A stretch of 63,827 nucleotides of DNA, filler included, from Octopus bimaculoides (taxonomy: Eukaryota): the NCBI RefSeq assembly GCF_001194135.2. It is 10 parts of 9 records of this genome, joined end to end, with 100 filler letters (N's around TTAATTAATTAA, not from the genome) between each part and the next. Parts side by side here need not be neighbours in the genome. Positions count along the whole stretch, not along the records: positions 13,187 to 38,828 come from NC_069001.1; 9 more parts are not named here. One strand, written 5' to 3'. The position numbers and the translations under genes were made by a program. Numbering within the stretch: position 1 is the stretch's first letter; every line of letters starts with the position of its first letter. Below, in pieces: positions 27,048-38,687 of the stretch. The notes under the pieces are model-generated. The model saw only the letters and a list, made by a program, of their open reading frames with translations. It had not been told where the DNA came from and ran no database searches.

Positions 27048-27128
27048 AGCTCTGATGAAGCTACAGGGTGATACATAAGCATTCGACTAAGAGTGCATTG
27101 CACCTTATAGCAGAAACAGTTATAAACT
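27048..27128 (+). ncRNA. Decayed type I hammerhead-ribozyme-like motif
   Basis: CTGATGA (27052-58), a long paired stem II, GAAAC (27113-17), then AGTTATA/AACT, which differ from an ACAGCTGTA/AGCT arrangement by three transitions. Confidence 0.55.
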
Positions 27129-27169
27129 AATGCAGTTCATTGTATAATTTCTTGTTCTCTTTTCATTTA

Positions 27170-27456
27170 CTCTTTTACTTGTTTCAGTCATTTGACTGCG
27201 GCCATGCTGGAGCACTGCCTTTAGTCGAGCAAATCGATCCCAGAACTTATTCTTTGGATGCCTAGTACTTATTCTATCAGTCTCTTTTGCCGAACTGCTA
27301 AGTTACAGGGACCTAAACACACCACCATCAATTGTCAAGCGATGTTGGGGGACAAACACAGACACACAAGCATATACACATATACATATATATATATACA
27401 TATATACGACAAGCTTCTTTCAGTTTCCGTCTACCAAATCCACTCACAAGGCTTTG
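27170..27456 (-). mobile_element. SINE family B, 5'-truncated
   Basis: 3' half, internal TA tract and part of the core match other B copies. Confidence 0.88.
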
Positions 27457-28104
27457 TTCTAACAACAGGCTTGTGCTTTTTTATAACTACCATTGTTAAT
27501 TAGTATCAAGTACCCCCCCCCCCNNNNNNNNNNNNNNNNNNNNNNNNNNNNNNNNNNNNNNNNNNNNNNNNNNNNNNNNNNNNNNNNNNNNNNNNNNNNN
27601 NNNNNNNNNNNNNNNNACACACACACAGCCTTTATGTAAGAAAAGAACCTAGCCATTCAATAAACAGAGATCAATAAAAGTGGGTGCTGCCAGACTGAAA
27701 TAAGTTCTATAGCTGGTATTAGTCACCAGGTGGTGCTCCAGTATGGCCGCAGTCCAGGGACTCAGACCAAGCATAAGACTGTGTTATTAAACGTTGTTCT
27801 TGCTCACAGCCACCAACTACTCTTACGAGTATACTGAAAGGCACAGTAAACTTGTTTTATGATGACCTGTATGTCATTAGGGTAGAGTGAATGATAATGA
27901 GGAAAATTAAGAGAGCAGGTAAAACCAGGTGTTTATAAAAATAAAATTTTAAAAAAACAATTAACAGAGCAGGTGACATGGTAATGCCTGCAGCTGGAGG
28001 GGTAAGGACTGTAGGTTAAGAACAAGGCAGCAATACAACGTTTCTGAGCTCAAATCCCAGAAGGAGTTATTAGTATTTATGCATTTTATCGAATTAAGAT
28101 GTGA

Positions 28105-28375
28105 TCATCATCATCATCATCATCATTATCATCATTGTCATCATTTAATGAATATTTTCAATGATGACATGGGCTAGACAGTTTTAGAATGGCCTTGGGA
28201 CTCGCAGATCTGGCAAAACCCAAGGCTATTTTAAGCTCCAATGTCAGCTTTGGTATGGTTTCTATGGTTTGATTTCCTTCTCGACACCAACCACTTTCCA
28301 GAGTGTACCAGGTGCCTTTATTTCTTTCATGGCACCAGCACTAGTGAGGTCGCCAAGTCACTTACAAGACAAGAA
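28105..28375 (-). mobile_element. Repeat family F 3' end with (GAT)n tail
   Basis: Diverged reverse-complement similarity to 36870-37110; related pieces at 26840-26970 and 38683-38828. Confidence 0.55.
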
Positions 28376-28489
28376 AAGAACAGGAAAACAGGAAAAAAAG
28401 AAAATGTACCTTGGACTATTTAGGGGATGAAGTATTTTAGAAGGGTGAGAGAAAGTGTTCATTGATGAAATTTAAATTTGGGGGGAGGG

Positions 28490-28668
28490 GGGTAAGTTGA
28501 TTACATCGACCCCAGTGCATAACTGGTACTTATTTCATCGCCGCCTAAAAGGATGAAAGGCAAAGTCAACTTCAGTGGAATTTGAACTCAGAACATAGCG
28601 ACGGGCAAAATACGACGGACGAAATACCACCAGGCATTTCATCCAGTGTGCTAACGATTCTGCCAGAA
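28490..28668 (-). mobile_element. SINE family C
   Basis: Reverse complement of the C head and core, with an internal duplication. Confidence 0.82.
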
Positions 28669-29439
28669 ACAATTGTTATACTCACAGTACCTGGATTTGA
28701 ACTTAGAATCCCTGGCTTTTTTCACCTTGTGGTCTAAGCCAATAAAATAAGTACCAGTGATACACAAGGGTTAATACAGTAGATTACTACCACTAACACC
28801 AACACTGCCATCATGACCACCACCGCCACTACTACTTCTACCATCATCGCCACCACCATAACTACAACTACTACTACTACATCCTACTAAATTACCATCA
28901 TCTGACCTAGTGTTACTGAAATACCAGTGATATGCTAGGATCAATATGGTAGGATTCACACTCTCAAATTACTAAAACTTGATCCTGTGATACTGAAGTA
29001 CTAGTAATATGTTGAGGTCTCCACAGAAAGTTTCTCCATACCAAACTACCAACTCGTTAAGAATTAATTAGGGTATCAGAAAACTAAAGAGACAGGCAAT
29101 TTGACTTTGTCCTGACTACTTTAACCTAATCTGTATCAAATGAGAAGTTAACGAGGTGAAAACAATAACAGTAATTACCCAGTAATTAAAGTTAAAGTTA
29201 TGTTGAATGTTGAGCTAAATGTTGTAGAGTGTCTGATAACACAGTATACACCCATGTCAGTTGGAAATTTGAATATCGTTCCTTTTTTTATATAGCCATG
29301 CATTATATTCCTTCATTTTTTTATAATTCTTTAACATGTTTCAGTTATTGGGTGAAGGGTAAAAACCCCTCCGGTTATGAAGGGCCATGGGATTGAACCT
29401 AGAAAGTTCCTCTCAGAGGTACAAGTGCGAGCAAGGTTG

Positions 29440-29686
29440 TTTAAGTCGCCCATACATACCAGCCTCCCCTCTCCATGCCACCGATGTTATCCAAGGGAAA
29501 GGCAAAGGGGCCGATATAGTTCGGCACCTGTGATGTTGCAATTCATTTCTACAGCTGAGTGAACTGGAGCAACGTGAAATAAAGTGTCTTGCTCAAGAAT
29601 ACAACACACAGCCCGGTTTGGAAATAGAACTCACTACCTCATGATTCTGAGTCCAACGCCCTAGCCACTGAACCATGTGCCTTCAC
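29440..29686 (-). mobile_element. tRNA-derived CORE-like SINE family D (variant tail)
   Basis: Head plus TTCTTGAGCAAGACACTTTATTTCACGTTGCTCCAGTTCACTCAGCTG core shared with 29793-29925 (+) and 32793-33050 (-). Confidence 0.8.
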
Positions 29687-29792
29687 TTCAGTCATTAGAC
29701 TGTGGCCATATAAGTGTTGAAGTTTGCTTGAAGCATTGTAACGCAGAAGTCGAAAAAGGAAATTAACTTTTTCCTTTTCTTCCCCACCCCCA

Positions 29793-29925
29793 CACATGAC
29801 CCAGTGGTTAGAGCGTCAGGCTTACAATCATGAGATAGTGAGTTCAATTCCTGAACGGGGCTGAGTTGTGTTCTTGAGCAAGACACTTTATTTCATGTTG
29901 CTCCAGTTCACTCAGCTATGGAAAT
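29793..29925 (+). mobile_element. SINE family D 5' half
   Basis: CCAGTGGTTAGAGCG A-box-like and GAGTTCAATTCC B-box-like motifs followed by the D core. Confidence 0.8.
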
Positions 29926-30335
29926 CGGTTCTATCTCTATTGGCAAGAAATCTTGAAATAAAACTGAACAATGACATACATTCATACATGCATGCATGCA
30001 TACATACATACAGTCATCCATAGATACATACATTCATCCATAGATACATACATTCATCCATAGATACATACATACATACATACATACATACATAGATACA
30101 TACATACATTCATTCANNNNNNNNNNTCATCCATAGATACATACATTCATCCATAGATACATACATTCATCCATAGATACATACATACATACATACATAC
30201 ATACATAGATACATACATACATTCATTCATAGATACATACATTCATAGATAGATAGATACATACATACATACACACATACACACACACACATACATACAC
30301 ACATACATATACATACATTCATACATACATACATG

Positions 30336-30575
30336 ATATGGTGGTTGTCTACTCCTTACACAGAGTTTGACCACCCCCTGCACCTACACCTTAGCCCTTT
30401 CATGGCGTCTGATGTGGCTTTTTAAACCAGACAATGTTTTGAAAAAACACCCACACAGATTGCACTTCTGATTTGCACTACCAATACCTGCAAGTAAGTT
30501 CTGCTCATTGTGGATCCTAACATGTCTTTTAAGACCCCCATTGGATTTGCAAACCCTCTGGCACACACCACATTC
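30336..30575 (-). mobile_element. RTE-like LINE 3' end encoding two C2H2 zinc fingers
   Basis: CGVCQRVCKSNGGLKRHVRIH and CNLCGCFFKTLSGLKSHIRRH, then stop, short 3' UTR ending GAGTAGACAACCACCATATCAT plus (TGTA)n, paralleling the RTE end at 51442 (GAGTAGACGGCCATCATCAT); no TGEKP linker. Confidence 0.65.
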
Positions 30576-30884
30576 ATACATACATACATACATACATACA
30601 TACATAAGGTGGTGAGTTAGCTGGATCATTACTATTCTGGCTAACTGCTCAGTATAACCATGTCTTATAGTGCTGGATTAGTCATTAAGCAAAATAAGCA
30701 CATGCTTAGGGCAACAAGAGAAGAAGTGGGCACCACAAAAATAGTAAATGGCTTACAGCACAAAAGAAATCACTTTAAACTTTCTAAAATAATATTCAAA
30801 TGATTAGAAATATAATTTCAAAGTGTTCATGGTGTAATAGAGAGGATCTGATCAATGATTTTGCAATTAAAAAAAAAAAACATT

Positions 30885-31035
30885 ACATCTCTACATTCTG
30901 AGTTCAAATGCTGCTGAGGGTGACCTCATTTTCCATCCTCCTGGGGTCAATAAAATAAGTACCGGCCACGCACCAGAGTTTATGTAGACTCGCCCTCGAC
31001 AAAAATTACTGGCCTTGTGCTAAAATTTGAAACCA
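30885..31035 (+). mobile_element. SINE family C, diverged (tail variant 2)
   Basis: GAGTTCAAATGCTGCTGAGGGTGACC...TAAAATAAGTACC...GGCCTTGTGC. Confidence 0.7.
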
Positions 31036-31037
31036 GA

Positions 31038-31203
31038 GCTTCTTTCAGTTTCCATCTCCCAAATCCACTCATTCATTCATGAGGCTTTGATCAGCCTGAG
31101 GTTGAATAGTAAAAGACACACACAACCAAGGTGCCACATAGCGGGATTGAACCTGTAAGCATGTAGTCGGAAAAAGTAAGCTTCTTACCACACAGCCATG
31201 CCT
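31038..31203 (-). mobile_element. SINE family B 5' half
   Basis: Matches the B head and core. Confidence 0.75.
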
Positions 31204-31413
31204 ACGCAGAGTTCAAATCCCACTCAGCCCAACTTTGTGTCTCAGTGTCAACAACAGATAACCGCTTAGTATTCAAGTCTTGATTCAATCCTTGTGATAA
31301 TAGACAACAATATTATTAAAAGTGCAGTCAGTCTTCGTTCACTATGAATGTCCCTCTACAATGTATTCTTCCCCATCCCCGCCATACTAATGTGAAAACT
31401 ACTTTTGTTGCCA

Positions 31414-31447
<34 letters not shown>

Positions 31448-31552
31448 GGCAAATAACAGGTTGGGTCAGATGTAATTAACTGGTTCCTCCCGCCAAAATT
31501 CTGGCTTTGTGCCTATATTATCATTATTATTCCTTTTTGCATTTTTTTCTTT

Positions 31553-32222
31553 CTTACTTGTTTCTGTCATTTGACTGCAGCCATGCTGGAGAACTGCCTT
31601 AAAAGGCGTTAGTCGAAGAAATCGACCCCAGGACTTATTCCTTGTAAATCTAGGACTCATTCTATCAGTCACTTTTGCCAAACCGCTAAGTTATGGGGAC
31701 ATAAATACACCAGCATCAGTTGTCAAGTGATGGCAGTGGGGACAAACACAGACACACAGCCACAAATATATATATATATATANNNNNNNNNNNNNNNNNN
31801 NNNNNNNNNNNNNNNNNNNNNNNNNNNNNNNNNNNNNNNNNNNNNNNNNNNNNNNNNNNNNNNNNNNNNNNNNNNNNNNNNNNNNNNNNNNNNNNNNNNN
31901 NNNNNNNNNNNNNNNNNNNNNNNNNNNNNNNNNNNNNNNNNNNNNNNNNNNNNNNNNNNNNNNNNNNNNNNNNNNNNNNNNNNNNNNNNNNNNNNNNNNN
32001 NNNNNNNNNNNNNNNNNNNNNNNNNNNNNNNNNNNNNNNNNTATCACTATATATATATACACACACAACAGGCTTCTTCCTGTTTCCATCTACCAAATCC
32101 ACTCACAAGACTGTAGTCGGCCTGAGGCTATAGTAAAAGAAATTTCCCCAAGGTGCCATGCAGTAGGACTGAACCCAAAATCACGTGCTTGAGAAACAAG
32201 CTTCTTACCACACAGCCATGCC
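31553..32222 (-). mobile_element. SINE family B, full length (gap in the internal microsatellite)
   Basis: 3' half at 31553-31760, TA tract/gap, 5' half at 32065-32222. Confidence 0.85.
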
Positions 32223-32264
32223 AGCATAATTATTTCATTGTTGCTGTTGTTATAATTGTTATTG

Positions 32265-32573
32265 AGGGCAGCTGGCCTAGTGGTTAGGGTCTTGCAGTCA
32301 CGAATGCGAGATTGTTGTTTTAATTCCTAGACCAGGTGTGCATTGTGTTTCATCTGACATTGTTCTGTGGTCACTTCGACGCTTGACGTAAGGTACGCCA
32401 TGCAAATTGTTCAGGCAACGTTGATTTGATAGAGGGAGTCAGCTAATTAATATATTAGCACATTCACTTGACCACCATAAACAAATCATCTGTGCCGGTC
32501 ATTTGGGAAAAGCTGAACGCTTGAATGTCATCTTCGACAGGAAAGTCCATCATAATCATCATGATCATCATCA

Positions 32574-32580
<7 letters not shown>
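32265..32580 (+). mobile_element. Diverged tRNA-headed SINE with (CAT)n tail
   Basis: GGCCTAGTGGTTAGGGT head similar to family D, different body, CAT-repeat end. Confidence 0.55.
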
Positions 32581-32648
<68 letters not shown>

Positions 32649-32751
32649 GCCTGTATTGCCACCAATGTTTATTTTTGAACCCTTAGTGATAAACAGAGCA
32701 TTATTTTTAGTAGTAGTAGAATTGTTGTTGTTCGTATTATTATTGCTATTA

Positions 32752-33260
32752 AGGGGACGAGCTAGCAGAATCATTAGTGTGCTGGACGAAATAATAAAAA
32801 ATAAATGCGCCCTTTTAAAGCCTAGCCAGGCTCATGGGCCCGGTTTCAATGGCGTATGTGTTCCCCAGCTGGATGGGACGCCAGTCCATCGCAGCGTTAC
32901 TCATTTTTGCCAGCTGAGTGGACTGGAGCAACGTGAAATGAAGTGTTTGGCTCAAGAACACAATGCTTCACCCGCCCGGTCCAGGAATCGAAACCATAAT
33001 TTTACGATCATGATGCTGAACACCCTAACCACTAAGCCACGCGCCTCCACGCTGGACGAAATGCTTAGCAGTATTTCGCCTGTTGCTACGTTCTGAGTTC
33101 GAATTTCGCCGAGGTCAACTTAGCCTTTCGTCCCTTCGGGGTTGATAAATTAAGTACCAGTTGTGTACTGGGTTCAATGTAATTGACTAGTCCCCTCCCC
33201 ACAAATCTGAAGCCTTGTGCCTCCAGTAGAAAGGGCTATTATTATTATTATTATTAACAG
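32752..33260 (+). mobile_element. SINE family C interrupted by a family D insertion
   Basis: C head at 32752-32792 resumes at 33063 and runs to an (ATT)n tail. Confidence 0.88.
32793..33050 (-). mobile_element. SINE family D, full length, 12-bp TSD
   Basis: Flanked by GCTGGACGAAAT at 32781-92 and 33051-62; tRNA-like head, CORE-like segment, GCGATGGACTGGCGTCCCATCCAG segment and T-rich tail. Confidence 0.92.
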
Positions 33261-33746
33261 CAGCAACAACAACAACAAAAATAATTAACACTATTTGATA
33301 ATCAATTAATCAATCAATGATAGATATTCAAATTGTGTATTATGTATCTGTTTCATCCTGTCTCTCTCATTCTATAGTTATATGTGTGAATATATTATTT
33401 TTTAAAAACTAGATTATTATTGTCAGTGACTTCAAAGTTCCGGTCATTTGAGTTATCGTCGAACTGCAGTACAACAATGGCTAAATTGGTCAAAACTTCA
33501 AAAGTTGCTGTCAATAATATTTTTGTTGAAGAATAATAAATTTGTACTTTGCTAAAGTATAGAGAAACCGTTCAGATTAATGTAAAATTACTTTTTTTTT
33601 TATTATTATTATAACTGAAAATAAAAACAAACATTGACACACAGACACACATATATATGTTTACATAAATATATACAAATGTATACAAACACAAGCAGAC
33701 GTATGTACATGTATGTGTGCTTATATATACATATATATATAATATT

Positions 33747-33795
<49 letters not shown>

Positions 33796-34020
33796 NNNNN
33801 NNNNNNNNNNNNNNNNNNNNNNNNNNNNNNNNNNNNNNNNNNNNNNNNNNNNNNNNNNNNNNNNNNNNNNNNNNNNNNNNNNNNNNNNNNNNNNNNNNNN
33901 NNNNNNNNNNNNNNNNNNNNNNNNNNNNNNNNNNNNNNNNNNNNNNNNNNNNNNNNNNNNNNNNNNNNNNNNNNNNNNNNNNNNNNNNNNNNNNNNNNNN
34001 NNNNNNNNNNNNNNNNNNNN

Positions 34021-34055
<35 letters not shown>

Positions 34056-35416
34056 ATTATGACAGGTATGTATATTCAATCAAATACATTTCAAGGAAGT
34101 TAGTGTTATATTTCTTCACAACAACAACAACACCATCACCCCTAACACACCACATGGCAACCACTACAACCACTAGTCTACAAACCATACCACCACCACC
34201 ACCACTACTATCATTACTATTACTACTACAACAAAAGAACCAAGCTGAAGTGTTTGTCATTCTTTCTCATATAAAAGATAAAGCAAAAAACGTGTCCTCT
34301 CACCTGTGATAAGTCCCTTTACTACCTATGGTACCGAAAGGCCTTCGTCGTTTCCTCGTCAGGCTGCCACCCCATGTATCATGCCACGGGTTGTCCATGG
34401 GCTTTGTCAACGTACTGAGCTCTTCGGCCACGTTTGGACACATCAACATTGGAGTGCTGTTGGACAGCTGCAAACACGCTGCCAACATTGTTGATCTAAC
34501 TACCTGGGAAAGACTTCAGGTAAATAGGTAGGTAGGTAGGTAGATATGTATGAGGTTAGCTGTGTGTCTGGGTGGGTCATTCACTGACTGATTGACAATG
34601 AGGTCTCTCTCACTCTCTTTTTCTCTAGTTAAGCTATTGGTGGTGGTGGTGGTGGCGGCGGCAGTAGTAGTAGTAATAGAAGTAGTAGTAGTAGTAGTAG
34701 TATTGTTTTCTTAGTCAATAGAAACTTGTTGCTCTCTTTCCCCCCTCTCTCTCCTGACTAAATAACCATTAGCACTGATGGCTTGACATGTGTGTATGTG
34801 TATATGTGTGTATATATACATATATATAACAACACACACACATCCACATAGGCATGTAATCTCTTAGATACACTCACATGTAATTCAATCAACACACCCA
34901 CATTCAAGCTAAAACACTGTTGCATATTTTATATATATATATACGCACGCACACATACATACATACATACATACATACATAGACACACATGCATACGCAC
35001 ACACACACACATTCATGAAGTTCCTCTTTCTCTCACACACATACAATTATTTAATAATATACTGTTGCATAATGTCTCACACATATACACATGCATATAT
35101 ATATCCATATACATACAAACACACATACACGTATGTGCACATGTATGCATATGTACACACATGCATATACATATGTACACACGCACACACACAAATTCTA
35201 TACATACATATGTACATACATACACAATGCATATATACATACATACATAAATTTAACAAACACACATACACATATGTGCACACATACGCATACATACACA
35301 CACACCCATACATATATACATACATACGTACATACACACATATACATACATAAATTAACAAGTGCACATATACGCATACATACACCCCCCCNNNNNNNNN
35401 NNNNNNNNNNNNNNNN

Positions 35417-35463
<47 letters not shown>

Positions 35464-36329
35464 CGTACATACACACGTACGTACACACACACACACGTAC
35501 AGGGTCACGTGTATGAACAACGTATTACACAATGCTAACTTCCCTCTCTTTCTTCTCGATTCTCTGAGTTTATCGAGTAAAGGAAAACTATACAGAGAGA
35601 CAGAGAGAGACAGACAGACAGAGACAGCGACAGAGAGAGCGAGCCTCAGAGACAGAAAGAGAGAGAGTGATAGAAAGAAAAGAAAGAGAGAGAACGGGAG
35701 AAGAGAGAGAGAGAAATCAATGACTAGATGAACAACACTTAGATAAACACAATGTCCTCTCAAGAAACTTAAGCAACAGATGGCTGGTCACATAACTCTC
35801 TCTTGCAGTTACAACAACATAGTATTCTCCCCCCCCCCCANNNNNNNNNNNNNNNACCTTTCTCTCTTTGTCTCTCTGTCGCTTACTCTCTCTCTCTCTC
35901 TCTCTCTCTCTCACTTTCTTTCTTTATTTATTTATTTCTTCATCCGAGAGCCCCTTTCTTATTGTGGCACATCTCTACCCGCTACTCAATATTCCACATC
36001 CCTCCCCCCACTACTCTCTCTCTCTCTTTCATTAAGTTGTAGTTGGTTATATTAAGAGAACTTGACTCTCCTTCTATTGTCATCACTAGAGTATGATGAC
36101 AGTAAGGTGGTGGCGGTGGAGTTGGTGGCAATGGTGGTGGTGATGGTGTGGTGGCCGTGGTATTGGTGTGTTTAGCCCAAGGTCAGTCCTTCTGGTGGAG
36201 CAGACCTTGTAATCAAAGGCCATGCAATCAAACTGTTTTAGCAGACCTTGCAATCAAAGGCCAGCCCAGTCATGACCACCCAACCTGTAATTTTTTTTTT
36301 CCTATTTACTCAGGCATGGTTTATAGGGG

Positions 36330-36580
36330 CAAACATGGCTGTGTGGTTAAGGAGCTTGCTTTGCAACCAGCTGGTTTCAGGTTCAAGTCCTATTATGTGG
36401 CACCTTCAGCAAGTGTCTTTTACTGTAGACCACTGAGCCAATCAATGCCTTGTGAGTGAATTTGATAGAAGGAAACTGTGTGGAAGGCTTGTGGCTGTGT
36501 GGTAAGAAGCTTGCTTCCCAACCACATGGATTCATGTTCAGTCCCACTGCGTGGTACCTTGGGCAAGGGTCTTAAATGAT
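36330..36580 (+). mobile_element. Two tandem SINE family B heads
   Basis: ATGGCTGTGTGGTTAAG... at 36336 and GTGGCTGTGTGGTAAGAAG... at 36491. Confidence 0.8.
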
Positions 36581-36869
36581 TGGAAGTATTATCATGTATA
36601 TGTTTTATCCTGGTATAAAAGATGGCCTACAGCAAATATTCTGCTCAATACCACAGATTTGCTTGTCAGTTGTTTGACCATAACCAGTTGAGCATGTCCC
36701 ATGGTGGCTGATAGTATGTGCATCTCTGATCATGAGCAAGAGTAGTGGGGGAACATCATAGCCATGTGTTGAGAGGAATTCTTAGGACACTGAGCTTTAC
36801 AAAAGAGATGACAAAGGACTACTCATCCTTTATAACAGAAGTGTTAATGCTGTTTCTCCTGACGAGGAG

Positions 36870-37110
36870 GATTGGTCTGCAATGGCACTGTGCCAGTGCC
36901 AGAACTCATGCTGATGCCAGCCATGGAAAGGCACTCATGTCAGTGACACATTAAAAGCACCGAGCACACACTGTAAAGTGGTAAGCATTAGGAAGGGCAT
37001 CCAGCAGTTGAAACCAGGCCAAAATCAGACGGGGACCTGCCATAACTATGGTTAAACTGTCTAACCCATGCCAGCATTAAAGAATGATGATGATGATGAT
37101 GATGATGATG
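36870..37110 (+). mobile_element. Repeat family F 3' end with (GAT)n tail
   Basis: TTAGGAAGGGCATCCAGC...AACCCATGCCAGCA followed by (GAT)n. Confidence 0.6.
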
Positions 37111-37204
37111 AACCAGACAGGTTCCCATGCATGATGGGAAATGAATGACAGTGCTTGCAAGAGGATGACACTGGTTTTACAACTATCACGCAATGTCAAG
37201 ACAA

Positions 37205-37412
37205 GAAGACACACACACACACTTATATGATGGGCTTGTTTCAATTCCTATTTACCTACCAAATCCACTCACAAGGCTTTCAGTTGACTTGGAGCTTATA
37301 GTAAAAGACATTTGCCCAAGGTGCCACACACACACAAACACACACACTGGGGACTGAACCCAGAACCATGTAACTGGGAAGCAATCTTCACGCTGCACAC
37401 ACCCACGCCTGA
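37205..37412 (-). mobile_element. SINE family B 5' half, diverged
   Basis: Matches the B head and core with a CA expansion. Confidence 0.75.
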
Positions 37413-37864
37413 GCCCCTCTACACACCCACGCCAGGAAGAACCAATTCATTTGCAGAACATGATAGGTCCCTATTTTATTGTAACCCCCCCCCTCCATCT
37501 CGCAGCATTTAAACTTCGAAGTTGAAAGGATGTTAGCATGTAATCGTATATTGTGTCACAATTTGTATACCACTCCTCTTTGCCCTAAACAAATACGGTA
37601 AACAGATGAAAAGTACAATAATGAGACTGGCTCACATAATCCAATACCACTACTAATTAGCACTAGTTATTTATCTGCTTGTAGCATAAGTTTTAATTAG
37701 GTATGTCATAATTAAGTAATTATACATACAATACAATGTATAAAGAGTTGTGTTTATTTCACAGCACATGCTTATGTTATGTTGACAAGCAAAGAAGAAA
37801 AACTCATCAACAAATATATGTACACACATAAACACATACACATTATTAATATTATTATTATTAT

Positions 37865-38217
37865 TTTATGTTTGACTTTTGCTTTGCATTTGTACAAGTT
37901 AGATCCAAGTCTCATCCAGAGACCTCAAGAGACAACAAGTTAGAAGTTCATGTAGGTGTTATGCCTAGGGTACCATATATTTGGATTTGTACATAGTGTT
38001 GTTCTAGAGAATGTTTAAGAAACCATAAGAAAATTATGTGTTTGTTTTAAAATTTGAGATCACATAGACAGTATTTTACGTAGGATATGGGCAGTTCCCA
38101 TGAGCACTATCTTTTGAACTTCAGCCATTTTGGGGTTTCCTGGTATCTGAGCTAGGTAGCAATCAGCCCGTTTCGCTGTCATTCCCAGGGCACCTATGAC
38201 AATAGGTATTGTTTTAG

Positions 38218-38221
<4 letters not shown>
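37865..38221 (-). mobile_element. 5'-truncated R4/Dong-like retrotransposon in (TAA)n
   Basis: Minus frame KTKTIPIVIGALGMTAKRADCYLAQIPGNPKMAEVQKIVLMGTAHILRKILSM* is a REL-element C-terminus; 3' UTR ends in (TAA)n and the 5' junction abuts (TAA)n. Confidence 0.85.
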
Positions 38222-38261
<40 letters not shown>

Positions 38262-38271
<10 letters not shown>

Positions 38272-38500
38272 GCCGGCAAGTTGGCAGAATTGTTAGCAGG
38301 CTGGATGAAATGCTTAGAGGTATTTTGCCCGTCGCTACATTCTGAGTTCAAATTCCACCAAGGTTGACTTTGCCTTTCATCCTTTCTGGGTTCGTTAAAA
38401 TTAGGTACCAGTAAAACAATAGGGTCGATGTAATCAACTAGTCCCCCTCCCACCAAGTTTCAGGCCTTGTGTCTTTAGTGGTAAGGATTATTATTGTTAT
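38262..38500 (+). mobile_element. SINE family C, full length (tail variant 2)
   Basis: Head, core and (ATT)n tail; CpG-decayed. Confidence 0.85.
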
Positions 38501-38650
38501 TACTATATTTAACCTACATTGTACTGGCACAGCTTGGTGTAACCCCCCCAAAAACTTACTGAGAGTTAGCATCATTAGGCTGAAGCTGGCGGAATCAAAT
38601 AGGAGCTTTTATATGCATATTCAAAACAATTCCTGTAAATGAACTTAAAA

Positions 38651-38687
<37 letters not shown>

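Noticed and set aside
30384-30629. Host C2H2 zinc-finger gene
   Set aside because: The start lies in a TATG microsatellite, there are no canonical linkers, and the 3' end resembles an RTE LINE; reported as a mobile element instead.
33414-33519. Imperfect ~26-bp inverted repeat
   Set aside because: AT-rich arms with several mismatches, no TSD and no second copy in the window.
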